In this document: one piece after another, positions 45,625-56,269 of the stretch
How positions within the stretch are numbered: the stretch's first letter is position 1
Layout of the letters: each line of letters opens with the position of its first letter
Origin: Phenylobacterium sp.
Lineage (GTDB): Bacteria; Pseudomonadota; Alphaproteobacteria; Caulobacterales; Caulobacteraceae
DNA: 64,000 nucleotides
Assembly (NCBI RefSeq): GCF_019636135.1
Contig: NZ_JAHBYD010000021.1
Span: 12,166 to 76,165, forward strand
Direction of reading: 5' to 3'
Position numbers and translations under genes: made by a program
The notes under the pieces: model-generated
Seen by the model: the letters and a program-made list of their open reading frames with translations, nothing else
What the model was told of the DNA's origin: nothing
Database searches by the model: none

Positions 45625-47112
45625 ATGCCGGAGATCACCAAGCGGGCGCTTCTGGGCGCTTCAGGGCTGCTGGCCGCCGCGCCTGCCGCCGCCCAGGCCG
45701 TCGCGCCCGTCGCCGACGACACGGGGTTCGTCACGAAGCACTCCGGCGTCTTCAACGGCCAGAAGGTCGACTACGTGGCCACCGTCGGCCCGACGACGAT
45801 CCGGAACGCCGCCGGCGAACCCACCTGCCGTTTCGTGACCACCGCCTACGTGAAGCCCGGCGCCGATCCGGCCACGCGCCCCGTGCTCTTCGCGTTCAAC
45901 GGCGGCCCGTCGTCCTCGTCGGCGACGCTGCACATGCTGGCGCTGGGCCCCAGGCGCATCGTCGTGGCCCAGGACCCCAAGGCGCCCGCGCCGAACCCGC
46001 CGCAGCTCGTCGACAACACGCTGACCGTCCTCGACGTCGCCGACATCGTCCTGATCGACCCGGCCGAGACCGGCTTCTCGCGGATCACGGGCGCCGGGAA
46101 GCAACCCTACTTCTACTCGGTCAACGGCGACGCCCAGTCGGTCAGCGATTTCGTCGCCGCCTGGATCAAGGCCAACGGCCGCGAGGCCTCGCCCAAGTAC
46201 GTGCTGGGCGAGAGCTACGGCACCATGCGCGCCGCGGTGATGGCTGGGCAGCTCTCGGCGACCATGCCGCTCGACGGGGTCTTCCTGTTCGGCCAGGCCG
46301 TGAACATGATCGAGACCAGCCAGCGCGCGAAGAACGCGCTGGCCTACGCCACCAACATCACCGCGCTCGCCGCCATCGCCGCCTACCACGGCAAAGCGAA
46401 GGGGCTGCCTGACGATCCGCGCGAGGTGGTCGAGATCGCCTACGCGTGGGGTATGCGCGACTACCTGCAGGCGCTGCTGCGCGGCAACGACCTGCCCGCC
46501 GCCGAACGCCGCCTCGTCGCCGAGCGGCTGGAGGCGCTGACCGGCATCTCCCAGGCCTACTACCTCGAGCACGACCTCACGATCACCAAGATCGCCTACC
46601 TGCGCGAGCTGATGAAGCCCGAGGGCCTGATGCTGGGCATGTACGACGCCCGCTACGTCGGCCCCGCGCCCGCGGCCGGCGAGCGCGCGCAGGATCCCGC
46701 CGGCAAGCTGCAGGCGCCCATCCAGCCGATGATGGTGGAGCACTACGCCAAGACGCTCGGCGTCACCCTGCCCGCCGCCGACTACCGCGGCATCGCCCCC
46801 GGCGCGAACGCCTGGGAGTGGAACGGCACGCTGGGCCCCGGCGGCCCCTTCTTCGACTACGACTACCAGGCGCAGATCTCGAAGGCCTTCAAGGCCAACC
46901 CGAAGTTCTGCCTGATGATCGGCACGGGCTACTACGACCTGACCACCACCATCGGCCCGGCCCGCTACCTGGTCACCCAGAGCGACTACCCGCGCGACCG
47001 CGTGATCCAGCGCCAGTACGTCGGCGGCCACATGGCCTACACGCACCAGCCCAGCCTCAAGGCCTTCACCGACGATATCCGCGCGTGGGTGAAGGGCGGG
47101 AAGCCGGCCTGA
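45625..47112 (+). CDS. S10-family serine carboxypeptidase (Tat-like leader)
   Basis: FNGGPSSSS, IDPAETGFS, GESYG, GYYDL and GGHM motifs. Leader TKRALL. Confidence 0.85.
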   Translation: MPEITKRALLGASGLLAAAPAAAQAVAPVADDTGFVTKHSGVFNGQKVDYVATVGPTTIRNAAGEPTCRFVTTAYVKPGADPATRPVLFAFNGGPSSSSATLHMLALGPRRIVVAQDPKAPAPNPPQLVDNTLTVLDVADIVLIDPAETGFSRITGAGKQPYFYSVNGDAQSVSDFVAAWIKANGREASPKYVLGESYGTMRAAVMAGQLSATMPLDGVFLFGQAVNMIETSQRAKNALAYATNITALAAIAAYHGKAKGLPDDPREVVEIAYAWGMRDYLQALLRGNDLPAAERRLVAERLEALTGISQAYYLEHDLTITKIAYLRELMKPEGLMLGMYDARYVGPAPAAGERAQDPAGKLQAPIQPMMVEHYAKTLGVTLPAADYRGIAPGANAWEWNGTLGPGGPFFDYDYQAQISKAFKANPKFCLMIGTGYYDLTTTIGPARYLVTQSDYPRDRVIQRQYVGGHMAYTHQPSLKAFTDDIRAWVKGGKPA

Positions 47113-48557
47113 TGCCGGCCGCCGTCCTCTTCGCCGCCGCCCTGGCCCTCGCCACGCCCGACGGCCCGGTCACCACCGACCATCGCATCACGGTCGCGGG
47201 CAAGCCGCTGGCCTACAAGGCCGAGGTCGGCCGCATCGCCATCCGCGACGCCGAGACCGGCGAGCCGCGGGGCTTCATGGGCTACACGGCCTACCGCGTG
47301 CCCTCCGCCAAGCCGCGCCCCATCGCCTTCGTCTGGAACGGCGGCCCGGGCGCCGCCTCGACCCTGCTCCACTTCGAGGCCGCCGGCCCGCGGCGGGTCG
47401 ACGGCGGCAAGCTGGTCGACAACGCCGACACCTGGCTCACCGATGCCGACCTCGTCTTCGTCGACCCCATCGGCACGGGCTGGAGCCGCCCGGCGAAGGC
47501 CGAGTATGCCGACGCCTTCTACGGCACCGTGGGCGACGTCGCCTCGGTCACCGAGTTCGTCCGCTCCTGGCGGCTGCTGCACGGCGCCGAGGACGCGCCG
47601 CTCTACCTCATCGGCGAGAGCTGGGGCGCGGGGAGGGCGGCCAACGTCGGCGCGGCGCTCCTGAAGCGGGGCGTCCAGGTCGACGGCCTGGTCCTGATCT
47701 CCGGCGGCGCGGGCATGAAGGACGACTGGACCACCGCCGGCGACGTCGGCGCCCTGCGCCTCGTCAACCTGCCCGCCACCGCGGTCTTCCACGGCAAGCT
47801 CGCCACCAAGGCCGAGGCCGACGCCCTGAAGGCCGCCGACGCCTGGGTCCGCGAGACCTACATCCCGGCGCTCCGCCGCAGGGACGCGCTCACCGACGCC
47901 GAGCGCGAGCAGATCGCGCAGGGCCTGGCGACCCACATCGGCCTCCCCGCCGACGCCATCGACCGCAAGACGCTGGCCGTCACACCGCGCCAGTTCCGCA
48001 CCACGCTGGTCCCCGGCAAGACGCTCGACACCTTCGACATGCGCATCTCAGGGCGCCCTCAAGGTGAGGGGGGTGAAGGCGAACCCCGCGCGCCGCTCCT
48101 GCTGCGCTACTTCGCCCAGGACCTCGGCTACCGCACCGACCTGCCCTACGTCGGCCTGGAGCGCCTGGAGGACGGCTACCTCCCCACCGGCAAGGCCCCG
48201 CAACCCGTCGGCGCCCGCTGGAACTATGCGACCGGCCCCGTCACCAAGGCCGAGTACGACGCCGCCTACGCCGAGGCCGTGCGCACCGGCGCCGGGCCGC
48301 CGCAGCTCGGCCCGCCGCTGCCGGGGACGGTCGAGGCCGTGGCCCTGAACCCGAAGCTGAAGGTGCTGGTCGCCCAGGGCATCTACGACTCGCTGGGCAA
48401 CTGCGCGGGCGCGATGGAGACCGCCAGGAACCTGCCGCCGCCGCTCAAGGCCGCCGTCAGCTTCCGCTGCTACGCCGGCGGCCACATGATGTACCGCGAC
48501 GCCGCCGCCCGCACCTCGCTGGCCGGCCACATCCGCACGCTGATCTCGGGTCAGTAG
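47112..48557 (+). CDS. S10-family serine carboxypeptidase
   Basis: WNGGPGAAS, VDPIGTGWS, GESWG and YAGGHMMY motifs. TGATG-coupled. Confidence 0.85.
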   Translation: MPAAVLFAAALALATPDGPVTTDHRITVAGKPLAYKAEVGRIAIRDAETGEPRGFMGYTAYRVPSAKPRPIAFVWNGGPGAASTLLHFEAAGPRRVDGGKLVDNADTWLTDADLVFVDPIGTGWSRPAKAEYADAFYGTVGDVASVTEFVRSWRLLHGAEDAPLYLIGESWGAGRAANVGAALLKRGVQVDGLVLISGGAGMKDDWTTAGDVGALRLVNLPATAVFHGKLATKAEADALKAADAWVRETYIPALRRRDALTDAEREQIAQGLATHIGLPADAIDRKTLAVTPRQFRTTLVPGKTLDTFDMRISGRPQGEGGEGEPRAPLLLRYFAQDLGYRTDLPYVGLERLEDGYLPTGKAPQPVGARWNYATGPVTKAEYDAAYAEAVRTGAGPPQLGPPLPGTVEAVALNPKLKVLVAQGIYDSLGNCAGAMETARNLPPPLKAAVSFRCYAGGHMMYRDAAARTSLAGHIRTLISGQ

Positions 48558-48559
48558 GC

Positions 48560-50278
48560 GTGAAGCTCGCCGGTCTGGCCGCCAGCGTCGCGCTCGCCCT
48601 CGCCGCGCCGGCGGCGGCGCAGGATCGCCCGGCGATCCGCGTCACCCTCAAGCCGATCGGAACGACCCCCGACCGGCTGGAGGTCACCAGCGTCATCTCC
48701 GGGCTGACCGCGGCGGCCGACCGCCCGTTCCTCCAGGTCGCAGCCCAGATCGCCAGCATCCCGGGCCAGCCCTACGCCTCCGCCGACATCGCCGCCGAGG
48801 ACGATCTCGGGCCGCTGCCCGTGACGGTGACGCTCGGCGCGAACGACGGCTCCGGGTTCGGCGGCCAGCGGCTCGTCGTCGCCGCGCGCGCCTCCAAGGG
48901 CGACATCCGCCTGCGCTACACGGCCGGGATCGTGCAGGCGATGACGCCCCGCCCGGTCGGCCCGTCGTTCGACCTGCGCGGGCTCGACGGCGGCTTCGCG
49001 GGCGGGGGCGCGACGTTCCTGCTGTTGCCGACCGACGCCCGCACCTACCGCCTGGAAGTGCGCTGGGACCTGCCGCCCGGCGCCATCGGCGTCTCCAACC
49101 TGGGCCTCGGCGACGTCTCGACCGAAGGCCCGGTGAGCCGCCTGATGTCGGCCCAGTTCATCGCCGGCAATCTTGGCTTCTACCGCGCCGACGGCGCGGC
49201 CCCGTTCGCCGCCTTCTGGATCGGCCGCCCGAATTTCGACGCCCCGGCGACGATGGCGTGGAGCAGCCGGTCTTACGCCGAGCTCAGGACCTTCTTCGGC
49301 GACGCCGACGCGCGACCCTATTTCATCTTCGGCCGCCCGTTCCCGAACGCCCGCGACGCCGGCGTCGCCACCGACCACGCCTTCGTCATCGAGTACGGCA
49401 CGGCAGGGCGGACCGAGGCGGCCATGCGCTTCATGTTCACCCACGAGATGTTCCACCACTTCGTGGGCAGCCTGCAGGGCCCGCCGGGCGTCAGCTCATG
49501 GTTCGGCGAGGGGCTGGCCGAGATCTACAAGATCCGGCTGCCGCTGCGCGCCGGCCTGGTGAGCCCGGCCGACTACGCCGAGGAAGTCCGCACCATGACG
49601 GACGCCTACTACGGCAACCCGCGCAACCGGCTCCCGAATGCGGCCATCCCGGCCGAGTACTGGCGCGACTCCCTCGTGCAGCTCCTGCCCTACAACCGCG
49701 GCATGATCTACTTCGCCGACGTCGACGCGAAGGTGCGCGCGGCATCCGGCGGCCGGCGCTCGCTGGACGATCTGGTCCTCGCCATGGTGCAGAGCCGCCG
49801 CGACGGCCGCGGCTACGACGAGGCGCGCTGGCGTGACCTCATCCGCGCCGAACTCGGCGAGGCCGGCGTCGCCGACTTCCAACGCATGCTGGCCGGCGAG
49901 CTGATCGTGCCGGCGTCGGACGCGTTCGGGCCGTGCCTCCAACGCCGGACGCTGAGCCGCGCGCAGGCCGGCCTCGGCTTCGCCGACCGGTCGCTGATCA
50001 TCGAGCCCTACACCGTAATGGGCCTGGCCGCCGGCAGTCCCGCCGCACAGGCCGGTCTGCGCGAAGGCGACCGCATCCTGCGCTGGCGCGGCGCCGAACG
50101 CTCGAACCTGCACAGCACGCCGTCTTTCGTCCTGGCGCCCACCGTGACCGTCGAAGTGGAGCGCGAAGGTCGCGTCACGCCCATCAGCTTCACGACGCGC
50201 GGGGCGCCGGTCACGCAGTACAAGTGGCGCCTGAAGCGGGGCGCCAAGGCCTGCGCCATCCCGCCGTCCCGTCAGTAG
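48560..50278 (+). CDS. Exported M61-like zinc metallopeptidase with PDZ-like domain
   Basis: FTHEMFHHF...WFGEGLAEIY, LPYNRG and GSPAAQAGLREGD motifs. Confidence 0.8.
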   Translation: MKLAGLAASVALALAAPAAAQDRPAIRVTLKPIGTTPDRLEVTSVISGLTAAADRPFLQVAAQIASIPGQPYASADIAAEDDLGPLPVTVTLGANDGSGFGGQRLVVAARASKGDIRLRYTAGIVQAMTPRPVGPSFDLRGLDGGFAGGGATFLLLPTDARTYRLEVRWDLPPGAIGVSNLGLGDVSTEGPVSRLMSAQFIAGNLGFYRADGAAPFAAFWIGRPNFDAPATMAWSSRSYAELRTFFGDADARPYFIFGRPFPNARDAGVATDHAFVIEYGTAGRTEAAMRFMFTHEMFHHFVGSLQGPPGVSSWFGEGLAEIYKIRLPLRAGLVSPADYAEEVRTMTDAYYGNPRNRLPNAAIPAEYWRDSLVQLLPYNRGMIYFADVDAKVRAASGGRRSLDDLVLAMVQSRRDGRGYDEARWRDLIRAELGEAGVADFQRMLAGELIVPASDAFGPCLQRRTLSRAQAGLGFADRSLIIEPYTVMGLAAGSPAAQAGLREGDRILRWRGAERSNLHSTPSFVLAPTVTVEVEREGRVTPISFTTRGAPVTQYKWRLKRGAKACAIPPSRQ

Positions 50279-51981
50279 GCGCAGCGGCCGTCGGGGACGC
50301 CTGCGACCCGCTTCCACTGCCAGGCGTCGACCGTCTCGCCGCGGGGCAGGTAGGTGATCGGGAACGTCTTGCCGTCGCGGGTCACGTTCAGGGTGAGCCG
50401 GCGTGCGGGGTCGCCCTGCACGCTGTCCATCGCCACGGAGTAGGTGACGACGTCGCCGTTGCGGAGGCCCGCCTTGTCGGCCTCGGACCCTGCGATCAGG
50501 CCCCGGATCCTCTTCACGTCGCCCACCAGCGACTTGGGCTCGAAGCCCAGGTCGAAGCGGCGGAACCTGCCCGTCGTGCGCGCGAAGCACGGCCCGAAGT
50601 CGCCGCTCTCCGGCAGCATCAGCTTGCCGGCCAGCATGTCCGCGTGCAGCGCCGGCCCGGCCGGACCGAGTTCCTTCGTCATCAGCGCCAGCCAGGCCGC
50701 CTCGTCGATCGGCTCGCCCACGCGCTTCCTGCGCACCATCTCGACGATCAGGTCGTCCACGCTGCGCTTGCCGCCCGAGGCGCGGCGGATCTTGCCGTCC
50801 AGCACCGCGAAGTACATCGCGCCCCGATCGTACGGCAGCGTCCGGATCCGGGTGTCCTCCCAGAACCGCGGGCCCACCTCCTTGTCCGGCGTGTCGTTCA
50901 GCGCGTTGGTGTAATAGCGCCGCGCGGTGTCGTTCAGATCCTCGAGGAAGTCGTCCGGCCCGATCATCCCGGCCCGCAGCGGCAGGAGCGCCTGGTAGTG
51001 CACCGCGATCCCCTCGCCGTACCACTGGCCGCCCAGGCCCGTGGCGGTCCAGGTATGGATCATCTCATGCGCCAGCGTGCCCTTGAGCTTCTCCGGGTCC
51101 TTCGCCGTCGCGCCCCAGGTCAGCAGGAACGAGTTGGTGAGCGCCGCGCCGCCGCCGGCGTTGATCGGATTGAAGCGCAGGATCACGCGATAGGGCGGCT
51201 CAGACGGGTCCTTGAAGAAGCCGCTCATCCAGTGGTGCAGCTCGCCCGCCCAGGTCATGAGCGGGTTCGGATCGAACGGCAGGTCGCCCAGCCAGGCGGC
51301 CGAGAAGCCGGTCGGCTTCACCACCGCGGGCGAGCGGTGCATCGGCCCGGCCATGTAGAGCGCCGAGAGCAGCCGCAGCGGCGCGCCGGGCGCCAGCTCC
51401 ACGTCGCCCTCGCCGAAGCTCGACATCGCCGTCGAACCCTTCGGCAGCGCCGAGAGGTCCCAGCGCAGCACCGTGCGGTACGGCCGCGCGCCCTCCGGCG
51501 TCAGGATGAAGGTGTTGCCGACGCCCGAGACGCCGCCACCTTCGGTGCGCAGGCTGTAGGGCGGGCCCGAGCCGCGGGCCGGCGGCGTGTTGTCCACGGG
51601 CGCGCGGTAGCGGACCACCAGGTCGCCCTTCACCGCCCGGCCGGCCGACCAGTGCCGCGAATAGGCGATGGCTGCCGGATCGTCCCGCACCACCAGCGGC
51701 ACCGCCCCCTCGGCGTCGGTCGCGACGAGGCCCGTCATGGTGTTTGTGACCGTGTCGGTGTTGGCGATGACGATGGGCAGGGTCAGCAGCGGCGCGCCGG
51801 CGCCCGCGTCGAAGCTCGGGAGCTTCAGCGTCACGTCCACGAAGCCCGTGCCCGCGGCCTGGTCCATCGCTGACGGCTTCAGCGTCACCTCGAACGACGG
51901 CGGTGGAGGCGCGGGCGTCGGCGCCTGCGCGGCCGGGGACGTCGCGAACAGGGCGGCGAGGGCCGCGAGGGCGAGGCGCAT
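50272..51981 (-). CDS. Exported M61-like zinc metallopeptidase with PDZ-like domain
   Basis: LAHEMIHTW...WYGEGIAVHY, LPYDRG and GSEADKAGLRNGD motifs. Confidence 0.8.
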   Translation of the reverse strand: MRLALAALAALFATSPAAQAPTPAPPPPSFEVTLKPSAMDQAAGTGFVDVTLKLPSFDAGAGAPLLTLPIVIANTDTVTNTMTGLVATDAEGAVPLVVRDDPAAIAYSRHWSAGRAVKGDLVVRYRAPVDNTPPARGSGPPYSLRTEGGGVSGVGNTFILTPEGARPYRTVLRWDLSALPKGSTAMSSFGEGDVELAPGAPLRLLSALYMAGPMHRSPAVVKPTGFSAAWLGDLPFDPNPLMTWAGELHHWMSGFFKDPSEPPYRVILRFNPINAGGGAALTNSFLLTWGATAKDPEKLKGTLAHEMIHTWTATGLGGQWYGEGIAVHYQALLPLRAGMIGPDDFLEDLNDTARRYYTNALNDTPDKEVGPRFWEDTRIRTLPYDRGAMYFAVLDGKIRRASGGKRSVDDLIVEMVRRKRVGEPIDEAAWLALMTKELGPAGPALHADMLAGKLMLPESGDFGPCFARTTGRFRRFDLGFEPKSLVGDVKRIRGLIAGSEADKAGLRNGDVVTYSVAMDSVQGDPARRLTLNVTRDGKTFPITYLPRGETVDAWQWKRVAGVPDGRCAY

Positions 51982-51982
51982 C

Positions 51983-52936
51983 TCAGAGGGTCCCATGGAG
52001 CCAGGCGGTCGCCGCCAGATCCTGCACGGCGTGGCCCAGCGACTTGTAGACGGTGATCTCGGCGTCCGACGTCCGGCCCGCCGCCGCGCCCGCCAGCACC
52101 TCGCCGATCTCGCAGACGATGCAGTCGTCGCCCACGATCCCCGCCGCCTTCGCCCGCAGGAACTCGCCGCCGTGGGCCAGCACGTGCTCGCGGTGGTCGA
52201 CGATGAACCGCGACTTCGCCATCAGCTCGGCGTCCACCTCGGCCTGCCCCGGCCCGCTGGAGCCCACGACGTTGACGTGCGTCCCGGGCCCGATCCAGGC
52301 GCCCAGCAGGATCGGATCGGCCGCCGCCGTCACCGTGCAGACGATGTCGGCCTCCGCCACAGCGGTCTCGGCTTCAGGGAACCCCCGCGCCGCGATCCCC
52401 GTCGCGTCAGTCACCCGCCGCGCGAAGTCGACGCTCATGCCCGGGTCGCGGCTCCAGACATGGACGGCTTTCAGCCGGCGCACCTGGGCGATCGCCAGCA
52501 CGTGGCCCCACGCCTGCCGCCCGGTCCCGCAGACCGCGAGCACCGAGGCGTCCTTGCGCGCCATCGCATCCGTCGCCACCGCGCTCGACGCGGCGGTTCG
52601 GATCGCCGTCACCTCGCCCGCGTCGGCGATGCAGACCGGCCGCCCTGCCTGCCCGTCGAACAGCACCACGACACCCTCGTGCGCCTTCTTGCCGTCCTCG
52701 GTGAACACGCTGACCAGCTTGGCGCCGAACGCCGCCCGCTCCCCCAGCGACGCCGGCATGATCGCAAATGTCCGTCCCTCGCCCACGCCGATGAAGCTGC
52801 GCAGCAACTGGCGCACGCGCCCGTCCGAGAGCGCGATCATCGCCTCGCGGACCACCGGGATCGCGGCCTCGTACGTCAGCCGCGCGCGCACGTCCTCGGC
52901 GCTGAAGACGGTCAGACCTCCTGCGCGTTCCGGCAT
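51983..52936 (-). CDS. Ornithine cyclodeaminase/mu-crystallin family
   Basis: GAKLVSV, TAIRTAASS, GTGRQA and YKSLGHAVQD motifs. Confidence 0.88.
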   Translation of the reverse strand: MPERAGGLTVFSAEDVRARLTYEAAIPVVREAMIALSDGRVRQLLRSFIGVGEGRTFAIMPASLGERAAFGAKLVSVFTEDGKKAHEGVVVLFDGQAGRPVCIADAGEVTAIRTAASSAVATDAMARKDASVLAVCGTGRQAWGHVLAIAQVRRLKAVHVWSRDPGMSVDFARRVTDATGIAARGFPEAETAVAEADIVCTVTAAADPILLGAWIGPGTHVNVVGSSGPGQAEVDAELMAKSRFIVDHREHVLAHGGEFLRAKAAGIVGDDCIVCEIGEVLAGAAAGRTSDAEITVYKSLGHAVQDLAATAWLHGTL

Positions 52937-53030
52937 GGACACTCCAAAGAAATCGGGCGGCGGCCGTGGGGTGGCCGCCGCCCAAAGCGGCGCGATCCTG
53001 GAGAGAGTAGGGTCGGACCGCGTTGTGAGG

Positions 53031-56003
53031 CTAGAACTTCGCCTTGAGGCCCACGAACCACTGCCGGCCCAGGATGTCGCCGTAGCTGCGGGTCGGGTAC
53101 GACGGCTCCTCGTCGGTCAGGTTCACCACGCCGCCGCGCAGCGTGTAGTTCTCCCAGGTGTACTGGGCCGACAGGTTGTGCCGGATGTTCTCCTTGATCA
53201 CCGGCACCGGCGTCGACTCGATCGAGGCGTTCTGCGCGAAGAAGACCTTGTCGAGATAGATCATCTGGTAGCTCAGCCGGAACGGCCCGTAGCGGTAGCG
53301 GGCGTCGAAGTTGGCCACCCAGTCGGGCTGGGCCACGGTGTTGTCGGTCCGCGAGCGGTCGAAGCCCGTGACCGATGTGACCAGCTTGGCCGTGTGGGTC
53401 GCCGACAGGTTCAGCTCCACCTCGCCATAGTCGGCGTCGTCGAAGAACCGGCCGACCGGGAAGACGTAGTTGATGTTGTAGGTCTCGCCCCGGTAGGTGA
53501 TCTTGCCGGCGTTGAAGGTGGTCTGGCGCGCCGTGATCACATTGCCGGTCGCGTCGCGCGTGAAGGTCGCGCACACGTCGCTCGGCTGCGGCGCGGCGTC
53601 GTAGCAGGTCTCCAGGAAGTTCACCGGCGTGAAGGCCGACAGGCCGTCGCGCAGATCCACCTCGATCCGGTCGGCCACGATCGTCAGCCCCGGGATGAAC
53701 TGCGGCTGCAGCACCACGCCGAACGTGAGGGTGTTGGAGATCTCGTTCTTCAGGTTGGGGTTGCCGCCCGACGTCACCAGCGCCGTCGAGAAGTTCGACG
53801 AGCTGTTCTGGAAGGTCGCCAGATTGCCGTAGCCGGGGTTGGCCGCGAACAGCGCCACGCAGTTGGCCCGCCGCGTCGCCGGCGCAGGGCCGTTGGCGAT
53901 GTAGCGGAAGTCGCAGGGGTCCTGGCCCACGTTGCCCAGCGCTGTGCGCACCGGCGCGAACTGCTGATCCAGCGTCGGGGCGCGGAAGTTGCGGCTGCGC
54001 GAGATGCGGGCCGTCACGCCGGTCACGATCTCCCAGCGGCCGCCGACGCCCCAGACGTCCTCCTTGCCGGCCAGCGAGTTGTCGACATAGCGGTACGAGC
54101 CGTCCAGCTCGATCGCCTTGGCGAACGGCAGGGTGAAGTCGCCGCCGACCATCGGGACCAGCAGTTCGCCCGACAATTCGTCGGTGTGGAACCGGCCGCC
54201 CGTCGCCTGCTGCGGCACCTGCGAGCCGATCAGGCCGCGCTGGTTGGCCGTCAGCGGCACGAACTTCGCCTTTTCGCGGCGATGCTCATAGGTCGCGCTG
54301 AACTTCACCTTGCCGGCCGGCAGGGTGAGGACGTCGCCACCCAGGCTCGCCAGATAGTCGTCCTGGGTGTTGAGGTAGTCCTGGCCCTGGAGGACGTTGA
54401 CGTAGTTGCGGGCTTCCTGGGTCACATTGCCCTGGCCGAACGGGTTGATCGGCACGCAGGCCGGGTCGTCGTTGGCGGTCGAGGCGTCGGCGTTGATGCC
54501 GCAGACGATCTGGCCGGCCGCGTTGCGCACCGCCTGCAGGGCGTTATTGAAGCGCGTCTGCCAGACGGCGTAGCCACGCTGGGCGCCATCGGTTTCGCCG
54601 TGGCTGGCCGACAGGCTCCAGTAGAAGTTGCGCTCGCCGACGTCGAAGTCGCCGTCCAGGGCCAGCACGGCGCGGGCGGTGTCGGTCTCGAAGACGCCCT
54701 CGCGGGTGTAGAGGATGTCGCTCCACGCCTTCGACAGGAACAGCGGCGTCCCGCCGACCGGAACCTGTGCGCGCACGGCGTCCAGATACGGGTTGGTCCG
54801 CGCGATCGGGATCGCGCCGGCGCCGCTCTCGGCGTTGTTCAGCACCGTATTGGACTGGAGGTTGGCGTAGGGGTCGCGGCTCTTCACGTGCGCCCACGAC
54901 ACCTCTGCCGACAGCTTGATGCGGTCGGTGATGTCGTAGTGGCCGACGAAGTTGGCGTTGAAGCGCTGTATGCCGACGTAGAGCGTCGCCAGTTCCTGAT
55001 AGGGCAGGCCGTCGCCGCCCGACGAGAACGGGATGCCGCCGGGCACGCCGATGCTGTACGGGATCAGCGCATTGCCCGTCGCGTTGAACTGCTGCGGAAC
55101 GCCGCCGATCGCGTAGATGAAGTTGGTCAACGGCGCCGCAGCCGGCGTGAACAGCAGGCCATTGTAGTTGAAGCTGGTGAAGCGCGTGTTGAAGTTCTCG
55201 CGCGTGGCCGGGATGCCGTCGCTGTTCGAGGTGTTGGCGGCGTTCGCCACCGTCACGCGGCCCAGGTTCGAGCGCGGGCGGTCGTAGTCCAGCAGCGGCC
55301 GGGTCCTCGACCACTCCAGGTCCAGCGCCGCGTTGCCGCGGCCCTCCAGGAAGTTCTTGCCGAAGGTGCCGCGCAGGCTGCTCACCGGATAGTCGCCGCG
55401 CGTGCTTTCGCCGTACTGGGCGTCCAGCTCCACGCCCTCGAAATCGTCCTTGAGGACGTAGTTCACCACCCCGGCGATGGCGTCCGAGCCGTAGACGGCG
55501 GCGCCGCCCGCCTGCACGACGTCGATCCTTTTGATCAGGCCGCCCGGGATGATGTTGGTGTCGACCACGCGGTCGCCCTGACCCGGTGCGTTGATGTTGA
55601 ACTGTCCCGACGACGAAGTGACCATCCGCCGGCCGTTCACCAGCGTCAGCGTGCGACCCGGCCCCAGGCCGAACAGGTTCGGATACTGCTGGCCGTTGCC
55701 GGCCGCCGAGCCGCTGCCCGCGGCGATCGGGATCGACGGGATGTTCGCGGTGATCTGGTTCAGCGCCTGGCCGGGCTGCACGAAGCCGCGGTCGGTCAGC
55801 GTCTGCGCATCGACCACCGCGACGGGCGCCGCCGTCGTCGTCTCGGCCCGCTTGATGCGGGAGCCGGTGACGATGACCTCCCCCACCTCCGAGCCTTGCG
55901 CCTCCGTCGAGGCCTGCGCCTGCGCCGCCCCTGCCACGATCAGCGCCAGGCCACCCAGAACCGTCGAGGCGAGCATCCGCCCACGAACCGAAATCGAGCT
56001 CAT
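53031..56003 (-). CDS. TonB-dependent receptor (long type)
   Basis: VIVTGSRIKR, RTLTLVNGRR, GAAVYGSDAIAGVVN and C-terminal GLKAKF. ATG at 56003. Confidence 0.93.
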   Translation of the reverse strand: MSSISVRGRMLASTVLGGLALIVAGAAQAQASTEAQGSEVGEVIVTGSRIKRAETTTAAPVAVVDAQTLTDRGFVQPGQALNQITANIPSIPIAAGSGSAAGNGQQYPNLFGLGPGRTLTLVNGRRMVTSSSGQFNINAPGQGDRVVDTNIIPGGLIKRIDVVQAGGAAVYGSDAIAGVVNYVLKDDFEGVELDAQYGESTRGDYPVSSLRGTFGKNFLEGRGNAALDLEWSRTRPLLDYDRPRSNLGRVTVANAANTSNSDGIPATRENFNTRFTSFNYNGLLFTPAAAPLTNFIYAIGGVPQQFNATGNALIPYSIGVPGGIPFSSGGDGLPYQELATLYVGIQRFNANFVGHYDITDRIKLSAEVSWAHVKSRDPYANLQSNTVLNNAESGAGAIPIARTNPYLDAVRAQVPVGGTPLFLSKAWSDILYTREGVFETDTARAVLALDGDFDVGERNFYWSLSASHGETDGAQRGYAVWQTRFNNALQAVRNAAGQIVCGINADASTANDDPACVPINPFGQGNVTQEARNYVNVLQGQDYLNTQDDYLASLGGDVLTLPAGKVKFSATYEHRREKAKFVPLTANQRGLIGSQVPQQATGGRFHTDELSGELLVPMVGGDFTLPFAKAIELDGSYRYVDNSLAGKEDVWGVGGRWEIVTGVTARISRSRNFRAPTLDQQFAPVRTALGNVGQDPCDFRYIANGPAPATRRANCVALFAANPGYGNLATFQNSSSNFSTALVTSGGNPNLKNEISNTLTFGVVLQPQFIPGLTIVADRIEVDLRDGLSAFTPVNFLETCYDAAPQPSDVCATFTRDATGNVITARQTTFNAGKITYRGETYNINYVFPVGRFFDDADYGEVELNLSATHTAKLVTSVTGFDRSRTDNTVAQPDWVANFDARYRYGPFRLSYQMIYLDKVFFAQNASIESTPVPVIKENIRHNLSAQYTWENYTLRGGVVNLTDEEPSYPTRSYGDILGRQWFVGLKAKF

Positions 56004-56269
56004 TCTATCCCCCGCAAGTCCGCCCCGACGCCGGTGTCTTACGCCCCGACACGCCCAGGCTCCGCCTTGCCGGAACGGTAGGCGGGAGGGTCCGGTTTTT
56101 CTTTTCGTTCTTCGAACCTTTGCCGGTTCGACACACATTGACTATGCGGCGGCCCGGCAGGCCGCGCATGGGCAATGCATCTCGCCGGAGTTCGTCAAAG
56201 CCCGGTTCGGCGACGCGGCCGTTCCTTGACAGCGGCCGCCTGCGCATCCGCTATGCGCGCATGGCCCGA

